DNA of 45,817 nt from a virus (taxonomy: Duplodnaviria > Caudoviricetes): IMG/VR virus record IMGVR_UViG_3300046000_002502, positions 1 to 45,817 of that record, one strand, 5' to 3'. The notes under the pieces are model-generated. The model was not told the DNA's origin and made no database searches. It worked only from the letters and a program-made list of their open reading frames with translations. This document shows, piece by piece, positions 16,587-26,640 of the stretch. Position numbers and translations under genes: made by a program. Position 1 is the stretch's first letter; each line of letters opens with the position of its first letter.

Positions 16587-19076
16587 TCAAGAACCGGGAT
16601 TGATCCCTGTGCCGGTGCTCACAGAAAACTTCTCGCCCGAGATAATCTCAAGCTGGGCGAGATTCATTGCCGTTTGGTTGTCAGAGTCGTTCATCTTCTG
16701 ACGGATCGACAGCTCAGCGGCAGTGCGCTGATCTTCCGACGACTGACGCAGCTGCTCACGCTGGAGATCAGACTGATCCTTCTGCTGCTTGGCTGCGAGC
16801 TCTGCCTGCTTGGCCTGCATCTGTTGACCGAGCTTCTGCTGCTCGATCTGCAGACGCTGCTGGTCAGACTGCGACCTCTGCTGGAGAGCCTGTTGCTGAA
16901 TGCCGACATTCATCTCAGCGATCTTCATGCTGTTGTCAGGCGGCATCGGGGGCTGGGGCTTGAACTGCTGGGCAGCCTCATCAATCTGGGCGAGCTGCTG
17001 CGAGAACTGGCCAAGCTGCTGCTCAATGAACTGCTGAACCTGCATGATCACCTTCGCCTGCTCTTGCGCTTCTTCCTTGATCAGGTTCTCGTTCTGCGCC
17101 CGATCAACAGCCTCATGCGACTCCTGCAGGTAGTAATTCAGCAGATGATCACGCAAATGGGTCGCCATCGGATAGATGTACGTCCTCATAATAACGGGAT
17201 TTGAGCCAAAGACAGGCGATTCAAGGAACTTCATATGAAGCATGATGTGGGCAAGGTGATCTTGCCGTGGCAGGACGTAGACAGGCCTGCCCATGGCGGC
17301 AGCGACGTTCTCGCTGACGGGGTCGACGTCTTCTTTCCCCGGAATAGGCGCCAAAACCTCGTCTGCAGGCACCTTCATAGTGCGCAAGAACATCTCTTCG
17401 ACCTTGCGCGGGTCGTACATGCCGGGGATTGCAGCTGAACGCTGCATAATTGCCTGAATTTGAGCAAAACGCTGCGTTTCGCTGAAAATAGCCGGGTCGC
17501 TGACGGGTACGACGTCCAAAGGACCGTCGAAATCAGTCAGATTGATCTCAATCCCGGCGTCTTGAGCCTCAATGTCTTCTTCGGTCATGTAGGCAGCGTC
17601 AATCCGGTGAAGGATCTTGAAGCAACGCGCCATTGAGTTGTGAAGACGGGAGTGGATCGAGCTAAATACGACCATCCCCTGCTCAATCAGGGCCATCGTC
17701 GTCCCGACGGGCTGGTTCGGGTTGGCGTCAGACAGCTTTTCGAACGAAGTCTGAACTACGCCCTTGCCTGCGTCGACGAGAAACCCGAGAAGGCTGAACA
17801 GAACCGGGCTCGGAGGATTGAAAGGCATCGCCATAGCGATCTTTCGCACGTCGTCAACAAGCGCCCCGCCGTCAATCTCGACGACTTCGGTCGGCTGAAG
17901 GTTGATTGTCTGGCCGTTGGGGCCGCCCTTCAGCTTCAGGAGCGTCGGGATGTTCTGGATGTGGGCAGAATCAAGCAACGCCCGCAGAGCGCCTGTCGCA
18001 GCCCCACTCAGGCCACCGATCATGTGCGTCAGACCGATTGGGTAGGCGCCACGCCAAGGGACGAACGGGAACTCAACGATCCAGTCCATCTCGTTCTTGT
18101 TCTTGTCTTCAACATCCCAGTTCCGATACAGGGACAAGGCTTTGCCGGTGGACTTGTCAACGCTCAGGATGTAGGGCGATGTGCCTTCGTCGAAATCCAA
18201 AAAGGTATAGATTTCGTATATGGCCCGCAGACCGTCTTCGTTGTAGCTGGTCTCCTTGCGGCCCTCGATCTTGTCGTTGGCCTGGCTCGCCTTGCTAAAT
18301 TCAGGATCGCCCGGCTCTCCGAGGTCGACGTCCATATACATGCCGGACTTCACCCGGCGCTGGTATTCCATCTTGGTGATGTACTGGACGTGCGTCTTGC
18401 GCTCAGCGGTGTAGAAGTTGGTGGCCGCAAACGGCAGATAGATGTCGTCGATCGCGACAAATTCTGACGTCGGGCGCCGACGCTGGCCATCCCACATGAA
18501 CTTCATGTATTGACCGCCGCCGAGAGGCAGCTGGGTTGAGAGCTGCTCAAGTTCCGACCGGAACTCAATCATCTGCTCGGTCACTTGCCAGTTCATGAAC
18601 GTGGCCTTGCGCGTGGCCTTGTCCATCTTCGCGCGGTCTTTGTCGCCATAGACCTTGCTCTTCACGGGTCCGTTGGGCGGGAACACTTCTTTCATAAACC
18701 GCGCGCTGAAGTCGACGCACGCCTCGACCAGCATCGGATGAACGACCCTGTTGGCGCCGTTGAACTGAGCGCCGCCTGGTGCGTCGTCGCCCAGACCGGT
18801 GCGGCGCAGACCCTCTTCGTATTGTTTGTCGCGCTTTTCGCGGGCTTCCTTGTCGCGGTCGATCTTATCAAGAAGATCGCTGACCGCCATCTTCAGCTCG
18901 TCCTGATCGACCTCGTCGACGATGTTGGCAAAGTGAGCAAGGCGCTCGCGGTCTTCCTGCTCTGTCTCAAGCTGGACGATTGCGCCACCATCTTCAGTGT
19001 CTTCAACACCCGGCTCATCGTCAGGCAGAGCAAGCGTCTCGCCGACATCCTTGTCGTCGTCCATCGGATCAGCCAT
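16587..19076 (-). CDS. portal protein (podovirus-type, long C-terminal coiled-coil barrel)
   Basis: 829 aa; HPMLVEACVDFSAR, YPIGLTHMIGGL, PVGTTMALIEQG; Q-rich C-terminal coiled coil; between TerL and scaffold. Confidence 0.9.
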   Translation of the reverse strand: MADPMDDDKDVGETLALPDDEPGVEDTEDGGAIVQLETEQEDRERLAHFANIVDEVDQDELKMAVSDLLDKIDRDKEAREKRDKQYEEGLRRTGLGDDAPGGAQFNGANRVVHPMLVEACVDFSARFMKEVFPPNGPVKSKVYGDKDRAKMDKATRKATFMNWQVTEQMIEFRSELEQLSTQLPLGGGQYMKFMWDGQRRRPTSEFVAIDDIYLPFAATNFYTAERKTHVQYITKMEYQRRVKSGMYMDVDLGEPGDPEFSKASQANDKIEGRKETSYNEDGLRAIYEIYTFLDFDEGTSPYILSVDKSTGKALSLYRNWDVEDKNKNEMDWIVEFPFVPWRGAYPIGLTHMIGGLSGAATGALRALLDSAHIQNIPTLLKLKGGPNGQTINLQPTEVVEIDGGALVDDVRKIAMAMPFNPPSPVLFSLLGFLVDAGKGVVQTSFEKLSDANPNQPVGTTMALIEQGMVVFSSIHSRLHNSMARCFKILHRIDAAYMTEEDIEAQDAGIEINLTDFDGPLDVVPVSDPAIFSETQRFAQIQAIMQRSAAIPGMYDPRKVEEMFLRTMKVPADEVLAPIPGKEDVDPVSENVAAAMGRPVYVLPRQDHLAHIMLHMKFLESPVFGSNPVIMRTYIYPMATHLRDHLLNYYLQESHEAVDRAQNENLIKEEAQEQAKVIMQVQQFIEQQLGQFSQQLAQIDEAAQQFKPQPPMPPDNSMKIAEMNVGIQQQALQQRSQSDQQRLQIEQQKLGQQMQAKQAELAAKQQKDQSDLQREQLRQSSEDQRTAAELSIRQKMNDSDNQTAMNLAQLEIISGEKFSVSTGTGINPGS

Positions 19077-22000
19077 TAGTTCCCTCGTAAATCTGGTTAG
19101 CGAGATTTGCTATTTCGTCTGCGTTATAGGGGGTCACGGCTCCGCCTTCGGCGAAGGGGATGCGCAACCCGCCTTTTACAGAGATGTTTGGTTTCATATT
19201 GGTTCCGGGCACCTTGCCGTAGCTGGCATCCAGCATCAGCATGACATCACGCAGCGGGAGCGTAATGCCGCCGCCGATGTCGATGTAAGGCCCAGCCTGA
19301 ACGACACGCCCACGGGCTTGCGAGCCTCCACCCAGATCAAGCTCGAACGGCGCGATGTTGGCTGCGGGGTTAGAGCCAGCAAGCATCTTCTGCAAGTTGG
19401 TGAGCTCATCCTCTGCTAAGGTGGCCTTAACCGGACCACCCTCGTCGTAAGTCTGAACGCGCTGCTTGGGGGACAAGCCGCGTTGCCATTTGCCGACTGC
19501 GTCGCTGTATTGATCTTCGTAATTGTCGAACGGCCCGACGCTCAGGGGGAGGTTATACTTGCGCGCAAGCGTCTCCCACTCGTCGGCTTTCTTCTTCCCA
19601 AGGCTGCTGTAGCCCTTGGAATACGCCTCGCGGGCGAGCTCTCTGGCTCGCTCCTGCATGGCTTCGGAATCACCTTCAAACATCTTTTTGAAGTTGACCT
19701 CGCCGCCTTCGGCATACGCCGCTTGGCCTTTCAGGATGTTCTCCCGCATCTTGGGTGTGATGGTGATGGAGGGGGCGGAGATGGAATGCCTCACCTTCGA
19801 TATAAGCTCCATCTTCTCAGCGTGGGGCAGGGCCGCAACCTCATCAACCGTCATCCCAAGCTCTCGGGCAATGTCGGGGGCTGAGATAGTGTAATTTTGA
19901 ACTGGCAAACGGCCCTTCTCAATCTTCGCCTCTGGGTCGAGCTTCTTCAGCAGCTTGCTCAACTGATTGGGCACAATCTTGTCGTAGTAGGTCTTCATAC
20001 CCTCGCCGCCGACAGATAGGTCTTGGCCAACCAAACTTCTTGTAGCATTCTTATATTCTGTTGCGTGGCTTGTCCCCATATTGCTGTTTGCTTCTTTTGC
20101 CAAATTACTGAAATATCTAGCCCCATATTCGGCAGCAGCTTCTGGCGAATTGGCTACACCCATACCAACATGAGTAGACCATCCCCAAGGAGCAGAGATT
20201 TGATACCTACCTTCTTTTGGAACAACAATAATATCGTTGTTCGTTAGCTTTTCATTAAATACTTTTGGGTTCACTAAATCTTGATCAAGAAGTTTTTTTG
20301 CTACGTCTTTTCCTATCAAATCAGGCAGCTCCCTATCCGCATCAACAATTCTTTTATTTATAACTTGATCTCCTGAGGGGCTGTACGCCCGTAACTTGTG
20401 ACCCCCCGCTGGATCATTTTCCAAAACAAGACGACTAATCTGCTTGCTCAAATCATACCGCTTCGCCTGCTCCGCGCCCGGCGTCCAAACGACCTTGTCG
20501 TAGCCGCCCTTTGCAGCTTCGGTCAGGATGTCTTTCAGCGCAAGGTCGGTCCACGCGGCGGTGTTGGTGACGTAGGGGGCGGCAGGCGGTTTGTCAGTTT
20601 GAATGAGGTTGTTCCTGTTGCGCATGGCGTCAATATAATCTGTTCCAAAATGTTCGTTTCTTGGGTCGCCAAGGACCCAAGAAGGTATGCGCCCGCTTCT
20701 GGCCTCTGCCAAAGCGTTACCCATTTCAATGTCGTTCAACCCTATTGAAGAAAGGTGATTGCGCAAAGCATTGCCTGCATCGTCTAATTTTTCTTGGGCT
20801 TGTTCCACAATTTTTGGATCAAGGTTTTGCTTAAACCCCTCCTTCTTCCCCTTCTGCCCCCAGTCGCTCTGTATCTCCTCAACGTGCAATATCTTTTCGT
20901 TGTTTGGGCCGGTGCGGTCGGCCATGCGGATGTGCGCTAGGACGTTGGGGTCGTCCCAGTGGGAGGAGCGAAACTCCGGCGGCAAATTAGTGTTTTTGCC
21001 AATTAAATCAGTGTGTATTTTGGTGTATTTTTTAATACGTGCTTGGGCCTCAACCGCCTCCGGCGACCCGGGGGCCGCGTTTGCGTAATCAGCAACAGCT
21101 TGAGTTCGAAGAGATTTGGCCTCTGCCGTTTCTTTTCTTAAAGCACCAGATTGGTCGGGTGTCTTTAACAACACCTCGCGGTAGTTCTCGCCGCCGGGGA
21201 GTGTGTACTTCTGGTACTTGGGCGCACCTTGCCCGCCCAGTCCTTCGGCTTCCTCCCACGCCAAGGTAAGGCGCTGGGACTCATCAAAGTTCCCCTGTCG
21301 CTCCGCCCTGTTGATTGCGTTCTGCCATTCATCAGCCGTGCTGTAGGGATACGTATTCTCTTTCTGCCCCAAAACCTTCCGCTCGATCTGCGGCAGGCTG
21401 TCCTTAAAGTAGGCCGCAGCCTCATCCTTGGTGACTTGCGGCTTGCCAGCGAACGTGGACTGGAACCCTTCAAGCTCCACGGGCTTCACGCCCTGCTTCG
21501 CCAACATAGCCGCGAACTGCTCAGGTGTTCCACGCGCTTGCGGCAGCGAACTTGCTACTTCTTCGCCGTAGCTGTACAGGCCAACCGGCGAAAGCTCACG
21601 CACGAAAGCCTCGGCCCCTTCCGTGCCTGCTTGTGCGCCACGCCGTACTGGTCCAGAACCCAGAACCATACCGGAGCCCTTAACCGCCGGAGCCACACCG
21701 CTCATTAGGTTACCGGCCATTTCAATGAACCCCGGCATAGCAAGACGAGCTTCGCCCTCACCGCTAACCATCGGCAAGCCCAAAGAGCGGCGCAGGAACT
21801 TCAGGCGATTGCCTTCAGCGTCAACGGGGTAAGACCCAAACTCGTCAGCCTTAACATCCACTGCGCGATCCGGCAGAGCTAGACCAGACAGATCCATGGC
21901 CGAACGGGCTTGCTCGCTCATACGCGCCTCAAGCAGCTCACGCGGCGACGGAGTAGAATTAGCGGTAACGTAGTCGGAAATCCCCTGCCCTATCCGAGAC

Positions 22001-24612
22001 AACGCACCGCCAATGCCCGTTCCGGCTCTGGGATTAACCGGGGCAGATGCAGCCTTGATGGCCTCCAACGGCGCCATCTCGACGTCTGCCGGAGCCATCT
22101 CAGGAGGCAGCGCCTCAGCTTGGGCTACTTGGCCTTCAAGGATCTTGTCGAGATCTACTGGGCCACCTTCAGCATAGTCCATGCCGAAGCCACCACCACC
22201 GAACCCGCCGTAGCCCCCGCCACCGTAGCCTCCACCACCAAAGCCGGAATTGTCGCCAAAGTTGTAGTTGGTGTTAAGACCGAACCCAGGAGTTGCGCCG
22301 ACATTGCCGAGGCTACCGCCCAGACCAGAGTAATCAAACCCGCCGATGTTGCTTGAGTTGTACCCGCCGACTAAGCCGGGGTTGCTCATGTTGAACTGGC
22401 CGCCGACTACGTTGTTGAAGTCCTGCTGCCAGTTGCTCGCATTGGTTGCAAGCTGGTTCTGCTGAATGGCGTTCTGATCTATTGCGTCGTTTCTGTAAAC
22501 CCGAAAGGTGCTTGGGTCGAAGGTACTAACCCCGAGCCCTGTGTTTGCGCCCGGCGTTACGCTAGGGTTAAACGTATAGTCATAGTCGTCGCCGACAGTG
22601 TTCTGGTCGATTGAGTCGTTTCTATAAACCCGAAGAGAGTTGGCTGTCTCAAGATTGCCAGCCGTTTGATTGGTGTCAAGCGGGTTCACGTCCTCGACGT
22701 AGCGCCTTGCGCCATCGCTCTCGGTGTAACGCCTGCCGTCTTCACCTGTAAAAATCTGATCATTGGCTTCTGCATCATTAAAAGCCTGCAGGGTGGCCGC
22801 TTCCTGCTCGTCGATATAGGTTTGAACGCCATCTTTAAAGATAGACTTCCTACCGTCGTCATCGGTAAAGATCTGAACCTGGGCAAGCACCGTATCGCTC
22901 GGACGGCTTGCTGGTAATGGAGCCCCCCAGATCGCGTTCCTCTGTCCCTGCAAATTGGCGATCTTGACCTGAAGGTCCGGTCGATATTTAGGATTGTAGA
23001 AAGTGTTGTACATGGACAATCCTTCACTACCAGGGACAACCCTGCCAGCATCGCCCTTATAGTTCCTCCATGCTGCCCCTGTTGAGGGTTCGCCAGTAAC
23101 CGGGTCAAACCCGCGCCAATCTGTTTGTGATCCAAGGACTTTGTTCTGGCCAAGAGTAAAATAGTTCCTTAGCTGATCTCTTGCCTGCTGGACAATCGCC
23201 ATCTTGGCAGGGTCTTTGCTGTTCAAAAGGCTATTTATACGACCAGTCGCGTATGCCCCCTCAACTTCGTCCTCGGTTATTTGATCGGCGAGAGTTTTAG
23301 CGAAGCGACCGCTGGGCCTAGTTTTGTCGTAAGCATAGGCGTTCTTCTCAAGGAAGTTGTTAGCGGCGGCTCTGTTGCCGATCGCCTCATAAATTCCCAA
23401 TACTTGGTTTGGGTCATCAGTCAACCCGTATTCCCCAAGCCCGGCTCGGAGCATCATGTCATAATCTTTTTTAGTAGGTGTGTAGCCCCACCATGTCTTC
23501 CAAGGTGCGGCCCCAGTAGCGTCTGTGGCTCTCTGCCCGCCGATAGATTGCTCTAGCTTGGCGTACTGCTCTCTTCCTTCATCGCTGCCAGCAAACTGCT
23601 GACCGATGTCGCTCAAGGACAAATTGTTTTGAGCTGCTGTGTCTTTCCAATACTTCAGGCCGTCATCATCAGCCCCACGATCAAAGTAATCAAGAAAAAG
23701 CTTTTGAAGACCCTCATCCGTGACATCACCACCTCGGGCATAGCCCTGCACGGCGCCGCCTGCACGCTTGGTCAGGAGATCCGTCGTCATGTCGTAGTCG
23801 CCGGTGTTGCCAATAGCTGACTTGACCATCTTGGGATCGTAGACGACGACTTCGCGCGTTCCGTCAGGGTACTTGAGGATGGCGCCGTCGTGGCCCTTGC
23901 TCATAAGATCCCTTGTGAATTCGTCGATCTTGTCTTGGCCCATTGAGCTCATGGCCTTCTTCTCGGCCATCGTGAACTCGTAGGGATTGGTCAGGCGACC
24001 ATAGAGAGGCGTGATGTTCTCGCCCACTGGGCCGCGCTTCATCATGGCGTACAGGTTAGCGCCCGCTGGCGTGTCAAACGCATAGACGCCTCGACCCATC
24101 CAGCCAGTGTCCTTGCGGTCGGGGTGGTTCGTGTCGAAGTATTTGATGTCGCTTTTGGAGCCGTGATAGAGGCGCGTCGGATCTCCGTCCTTCTCGCGCA
24201 GCACCGAGCCTTCCATGAAGTTCGCAAGACCCTTGCGCATTTTGTTGAGCGGGCCAGCCTCAGCCTCCGTCGGATCCATCACCATCAGGCTAGAGCCAGC
24301 AGCCAGCGCCGCCTTGCCAGCCTTGGACGCCGGGCCTAACGGACCCGCAGCCATGAACGCGACGTCCGATGCGGACTGCGGGATCATGAAGTCAAGAGCG
24401 GCGGTCGTGCGGCCAGCGTCTGACGCCAAGCGCCCCGCTATCCTGCGTGCCTGCTCCTCAGTCCCGCCCTGCGCAATCACGTAGTCATAGGTCTGCTTGG
24501 CGATCTCTTCCGGCATACCCATGGTTTTGCCGTAAGCTTGCGAGACAGACTTAGCAGCCTTGTCAGCGTACTTCAGAAGGTAGGATGTGAAGGAGTCATC
24601 ATCTTTGGCCAT
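19069..24612 (-). CDS. large polyvalent (multidomain) protein, probably virion-associated
   Basis: 1847 aa; ART-like domain (LYHGS...GRGVY...EVVVYDP), DUF4214-like helix pair, SleB/hydrolase-like segment, EEIQSDW domain; segments separated by [FY]xxGGxV motifs. Confidence 0.75.
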   Translation of the reverse strand: MAKDDDSFTSYLLKYADKAAKSVSQAYGKTMGMPEEIAKQTYDYVIAQGGTEEQARRIAGRLASDAGRTTAALDFMIPQSASDVAFMAAGPLGPASKAGKAALAAGSSLMVMDPTEAEAGPLNKMRKGLANFMEGSVLREKDGDPTRLYHGSKSDIKYFDTNHPDRKDTGWMGRGVYAFDTPAGANLYAMMKRGPVGENITPLYGRLTNPYEFTMAEKKAMSSMGQDKIDEFTRDLMSKGHDGAILKYPDGTREVVVYDPKMVKSAIGNTGDYDMTTDLLTKRAGGAVQGYARGGDVTDEGLQKLFLDYFDRGADDDGLKYWKDTAAQNNLSLSDIGQQFAGSDEGREQYAKLEQSIGGQRATDATGAAPWKTWWGYTPTKKDYDMMLRAGLGEYGLTDDPNQVLGIYEAIGNRAAANNFLEKNAYAYDKTRPSGRFAKTLADQITEDEVEGAYATGRINSLLNSKDPAKMAIVQQARDQLRNYFTLGQNKVLGSQTDWRGFDPVTGEPSTGAAWRNYKGDAGRVVPGSEGLSMYNTFYNPKYRPDLQVKIANLQGQRNAIWGAPLPASRPSDTVLAQVQIFTDDDGRKSIFKDGVQTYIDEQEAATLQAFNDAEANDQIFTGEDGRRYTESDGARRYVEDVNPLDTNQTAGNLETANSLRVYRNDSIDQNTVGDDYDYTFNPSVTPGANTGLGVSTFDPSTFRVYRNDAIDQNAIQQNQLATNASNWQQDFNNVVGGQFNMSNPGLVGGYNSSNIGGFDYSGLGGSLGNVGATPGFGLNTNYNFGDNSGFGGGGYGGGGYGGFGGGGFGMDYAEGGPVDLDKILEGQVAQAEALPPEMAPADVEMAPLEAIKAASAPVNPRAGTGIGGALSRIGQGISDYVTANSTPSPRELLEARMSEQARSAMDLSGLALPDRAVDVKADEFGSYPVDAEGNRLKFLRRSLGLPMVSGEGEARLAMPGFIEMAGNLMSGVAPAVKGSGMVLGSGPVRRGAQAGTEGAEAFVRELSPVGLYSYGEEVASSLPQARGTPEQFAAMLAKQGVKPVELEGFQSTFAGKPQVTKDEAAAYFKDSLPQIERKVLGQKENTYPYSTADEWQNAINRAERQGNFDESQRLTLAWEEAEGLGGQGAPKYQKYTLPGGENYREVLLKTPDQSGALRKETAEAKSLRTQAVADYANAAPGSPEAVEAQARIKKYTKIHTDLIGKNTNLPPEFRSSHWDDPNVLAHIRMADRTGPNNEKILHVEEIQSDWGQKGKKEGFKQNLDPKIVEQAQEKLDDAGNALRNHLSSIGLNDIEMGNALAEARSGRIPSWVLGDPRNEHFGTDYIDAMRNRNNLIQTDKPPAAPYVTNTAAWTDLALKDILTEAAKGGYDKVVWTPGAEQAKRYDLSKQISRLVLENDPAGGHKLRAYSPSGDQVINKRIVDADRELPDLIGKDVAKKLLDQDLVNPKVFNEKLTNNDIIVVPKEGRYQISAPWGWSTHVGMGVANSPEAAAEYGARYFSNLAKEANSNMGTSHATEYKNATRSLVGQDLSVGGEGMKTYYDKIVPNQLSKLLKKLDPEAKIEKGRLPVQNYTISAPDIARELGMTVDEVAALPHAEKMELISKVRHSISAPSITITPKMRENILKGQAAYAEGGEVNFKKMFEGDSEAMQERARELAREAYSKGYSSLGKKKADEWETLARKYNLPLSVGPFDNYEDQYSDAVGKWQRGLSPKQRVQTYDEGGPVKATLAEDELTNLQKMLAGSNPAANIAPFELDLGGGSQARGRVVQAGPYIDIGGGITLPLRDVMLMLDASYGKVPGTNMKPNISVKGGLRIPFAEGGAVTPYNADEIANLANQIYEGTNG

Positions 24613-24615
24613 GGA

Positions 24616-24894
24616 TCACCACTTAACCTTGTCAGCCCAATAGGCAGCTGAGGACGGACCTTTAGCAATGTTCTCTGCGTGGCGAGACTTGAACGAGGCG
24701 CGCTTAGCCTTCATGCGGTCTGACTCGCCCTCTTTAGGCTTACCGGCTGTGCTCGCCCCCTGCTCGCCGAACCGGATGATCTTCTCCTTGCCGCCGACGC
24801 TAGTCTTCACAACGTGGGACTTGGTCGGATGGCTCGGGGTGCGCCGAGGCTTGTTCAGAGGCAGACTAGCCTTATCGACGCGAGCGACCATCAC
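24616..24894 (-). CDS. small basic conserved phage protein
   Basis: KIIRFGEQG...RASFKSRH...SAAYWADKVKW. Confidence 0.75.
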   Translation of the reverse strand: MMVARVDKASLPLNKPRRTPSHPTKSHVVKTSVGGKEKIIRFGEQGASTAGKPKEGESDRMKAKRASFKSRHAENIAKGPSSAAYWADKVKW

Positions 24895-25058
24895 TTGCCC
24901 CTTGCAGCGCGCATGTTGTCGACGAGGTTCGGGTAAGGCCGACCGGCAGCCTTCGCCGCAGCCTTGGCCGACGCCTTCTTGTCAGATGACAACGCTTTGG
25001 GCTTGCCGAGATCAGACGGGCGGCTCTTGGACCAAATCGGCTTGGGCTTCTTTGTCAT
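24891..25058 (-). CDS. small basic phage protein
   Basis: AKAAAKAAGRPYPNLVDNMRAA; GAGGTG RBS before MTKKPK. Confidence 0.7.
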   Translation of the reverse strand: MTKKPKPIWSKSRPSDLGKPKALSSDKKASAKAAAKAAGRPYPNLVDNMRAARGK

Positions 25059-25068
25059 GGCCATCACC

Positions 25069-26640
25069 TCACGCTGCATACGGGTTGATCTTGGGTTCGC
25101 TCTTGGGCCTCACGTCGTCGATGTCTTTGGCTTGCGGCAGATCGAACCAACCGTCGTTCTTAAAGTAGATGATCGCCTGAGAGAACGTGTCAACATAATC
25201 ATCGTGCTGCGCGACAGGGAACTTGGACATCTGCTTGAGAAAGCCGTCAGCCCAGCTCACCGTCAATCCCTTATTCTTGCCCGACTCCGGGATCCAAAGC
25301 AAGCCCAATTCAAGTGTAGGGGCTGCCTGATGGGCGCGAGACACCTTGTCGGCGTTGCCGGGGTTGTAGCCGACGACCGGCACCCTAGCCAGCCTGAGAT
25401 CCTGAATCAGGGACTGGCCCGACGCTTTCGCCTCGACCAAAATGCGGTCTGGCCTTCGAGCCCGGTTGTGCGGCGAGTCCTTGGTCATGCCGCCGTACTC
25501 GGTCGACCAGTCCTTGATCGCCCGTGCTCTGAGCTCAGGATACGACAGGTGCTCGTCCCATGCGTCGATCAGCATCGCGTTGCGCTCACCCTTGTGGGTG
25601 AAGATCGCCCAGACCGTGCACGCGGTCGGATCGCCGGTCGTCTTCTCAGTGAAGGCGCAGTCGTACGACTGCAAGATGTATTCGAACGGCGGCAGACCTT
25701 GACCCGACGGCCACATGTTGAAGTGCTGCGTCTTGAGTATGCCGCCCTCAGCAGGCGCGGGATCTTGCTGGAGCTGGCCTGACGTCCCGTAGGCGCCGAG
25801 CCGCGACTTCAGCGAGGCGATCTCCTTCTCGCCGAACCGCTCGGGGCAGATCAGCTCGCCCTTCTTCTTGCGCGGGTCGTACTCCCCGAGGCTGGTCCGA
25901 CGGGTGACGCCGTCCCACTCCGCCGGAATGCAGATGTGCTCCCAGCCCGACATCTCGTCGAGGATCAGACCGCTGATGTCGCGCTCATGCAGACGCTGCA
26001 TGACGATCACCATGGCGTCGCGCTTGGGATCGTTCAGGCGGGTCGACCAGACCATGTTGAACCACTCGATCGCCGACTCACGCATAACGTCAGACTGGGC
26101 TTCCTGCGCCGAGTGCGGGTCGTCGAGGATCAAGCGGGAGCCGCCTTCGCCGGTCGCCGTGCCTCCGACCGACGTCGCGATCCGGTAGCCCGTCTCTGTG
26201 TTCTCAAACCGCTGCTTGGCGTTCTGGTCGCCTGCCAGGTGGAACAGATGGCCCCAGCGATCCTGAAACCAGGGCGACTGGATCAGGCGCCGCGCTTTGA
26301 GGTTGTCGCGGATGCTGAGCGTGCTGGAGTACGACGCGCATAGGAACTTCTGCTGGGGCTGGGTGATCCACTCCCACATCGGCCACATGACGCTGACGAT
26401 CGTCGACTTGCTGTGCCGGGGCGGGATGTTGATCAGCAGGCGCGTGATCTCGCCGCTCGTGACCGCCTCAAGGTGCTCGCAGATCTCCTCGATGTGCCAA
26501 GACGGCACGAAGTTAATGCCCGGCTCGACGACGTGCCACGACTGCTTGACGAACTCGTACAGCGACGCGGACGCAGCCCGACGATCGCGCTCCCAGTTCA
26601 CCATCTCCAGCATAGCTTTGGGGTCGAGCGGTGCGTTCAT
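25069..26640 (-). CDS. terL: terminase large subunit
   Basis: Walker A-like INIPPRHSKS, Walker B LILDDPH, VMQRLHERD, nuclease motifs QSYDCA, VEAKASG, HDDYVD. Confidence 0.97.
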   Translation of the reverse strand: MNAPLDPKAMLEMVNWERDRRAASASLYEFVKQSWHVVEPGINFVPSWHIEEICEHLEAVTSGEITRLLINIPPRHSKSTIVSVMWPMWEWITQPQQKFLCASYSSTLSIRDNLKARRLIQSPWFQDRWGHLFHLAGDQNAKQRFENTETGYRIATSVGGTATGEGGSRLILDDPHSAQEAQSDVMRESAIEWFNMVWSTRLNDPKRDAMVIVMQRLHERDISGLILDEMSGWEHICIPAEWDGVTRRTSLGEYDPRKKKGELICPERFGEKEIASLKSRLGAYGTSGQLQQDPAPAEGGILKTQHFNMWPSGQGLPPFEYILQSYDCAFTEKTTGDPTACTVWAIFTHKGERNAMLIDAWDEHLSYPELRARAIKDWSTEYGGMTKDSPHNRARRPDRILVEAKASGQSLIQDLRLARVPVVGYNPGNADKVSRAHQAAPTLELGLLWIPESGKNKGLTVSWADGFLKQMSKFPVAQHDDYVDTFSQAIIYFKNDGWFDLPQAKDIDDVRPKSEPKINPYAA

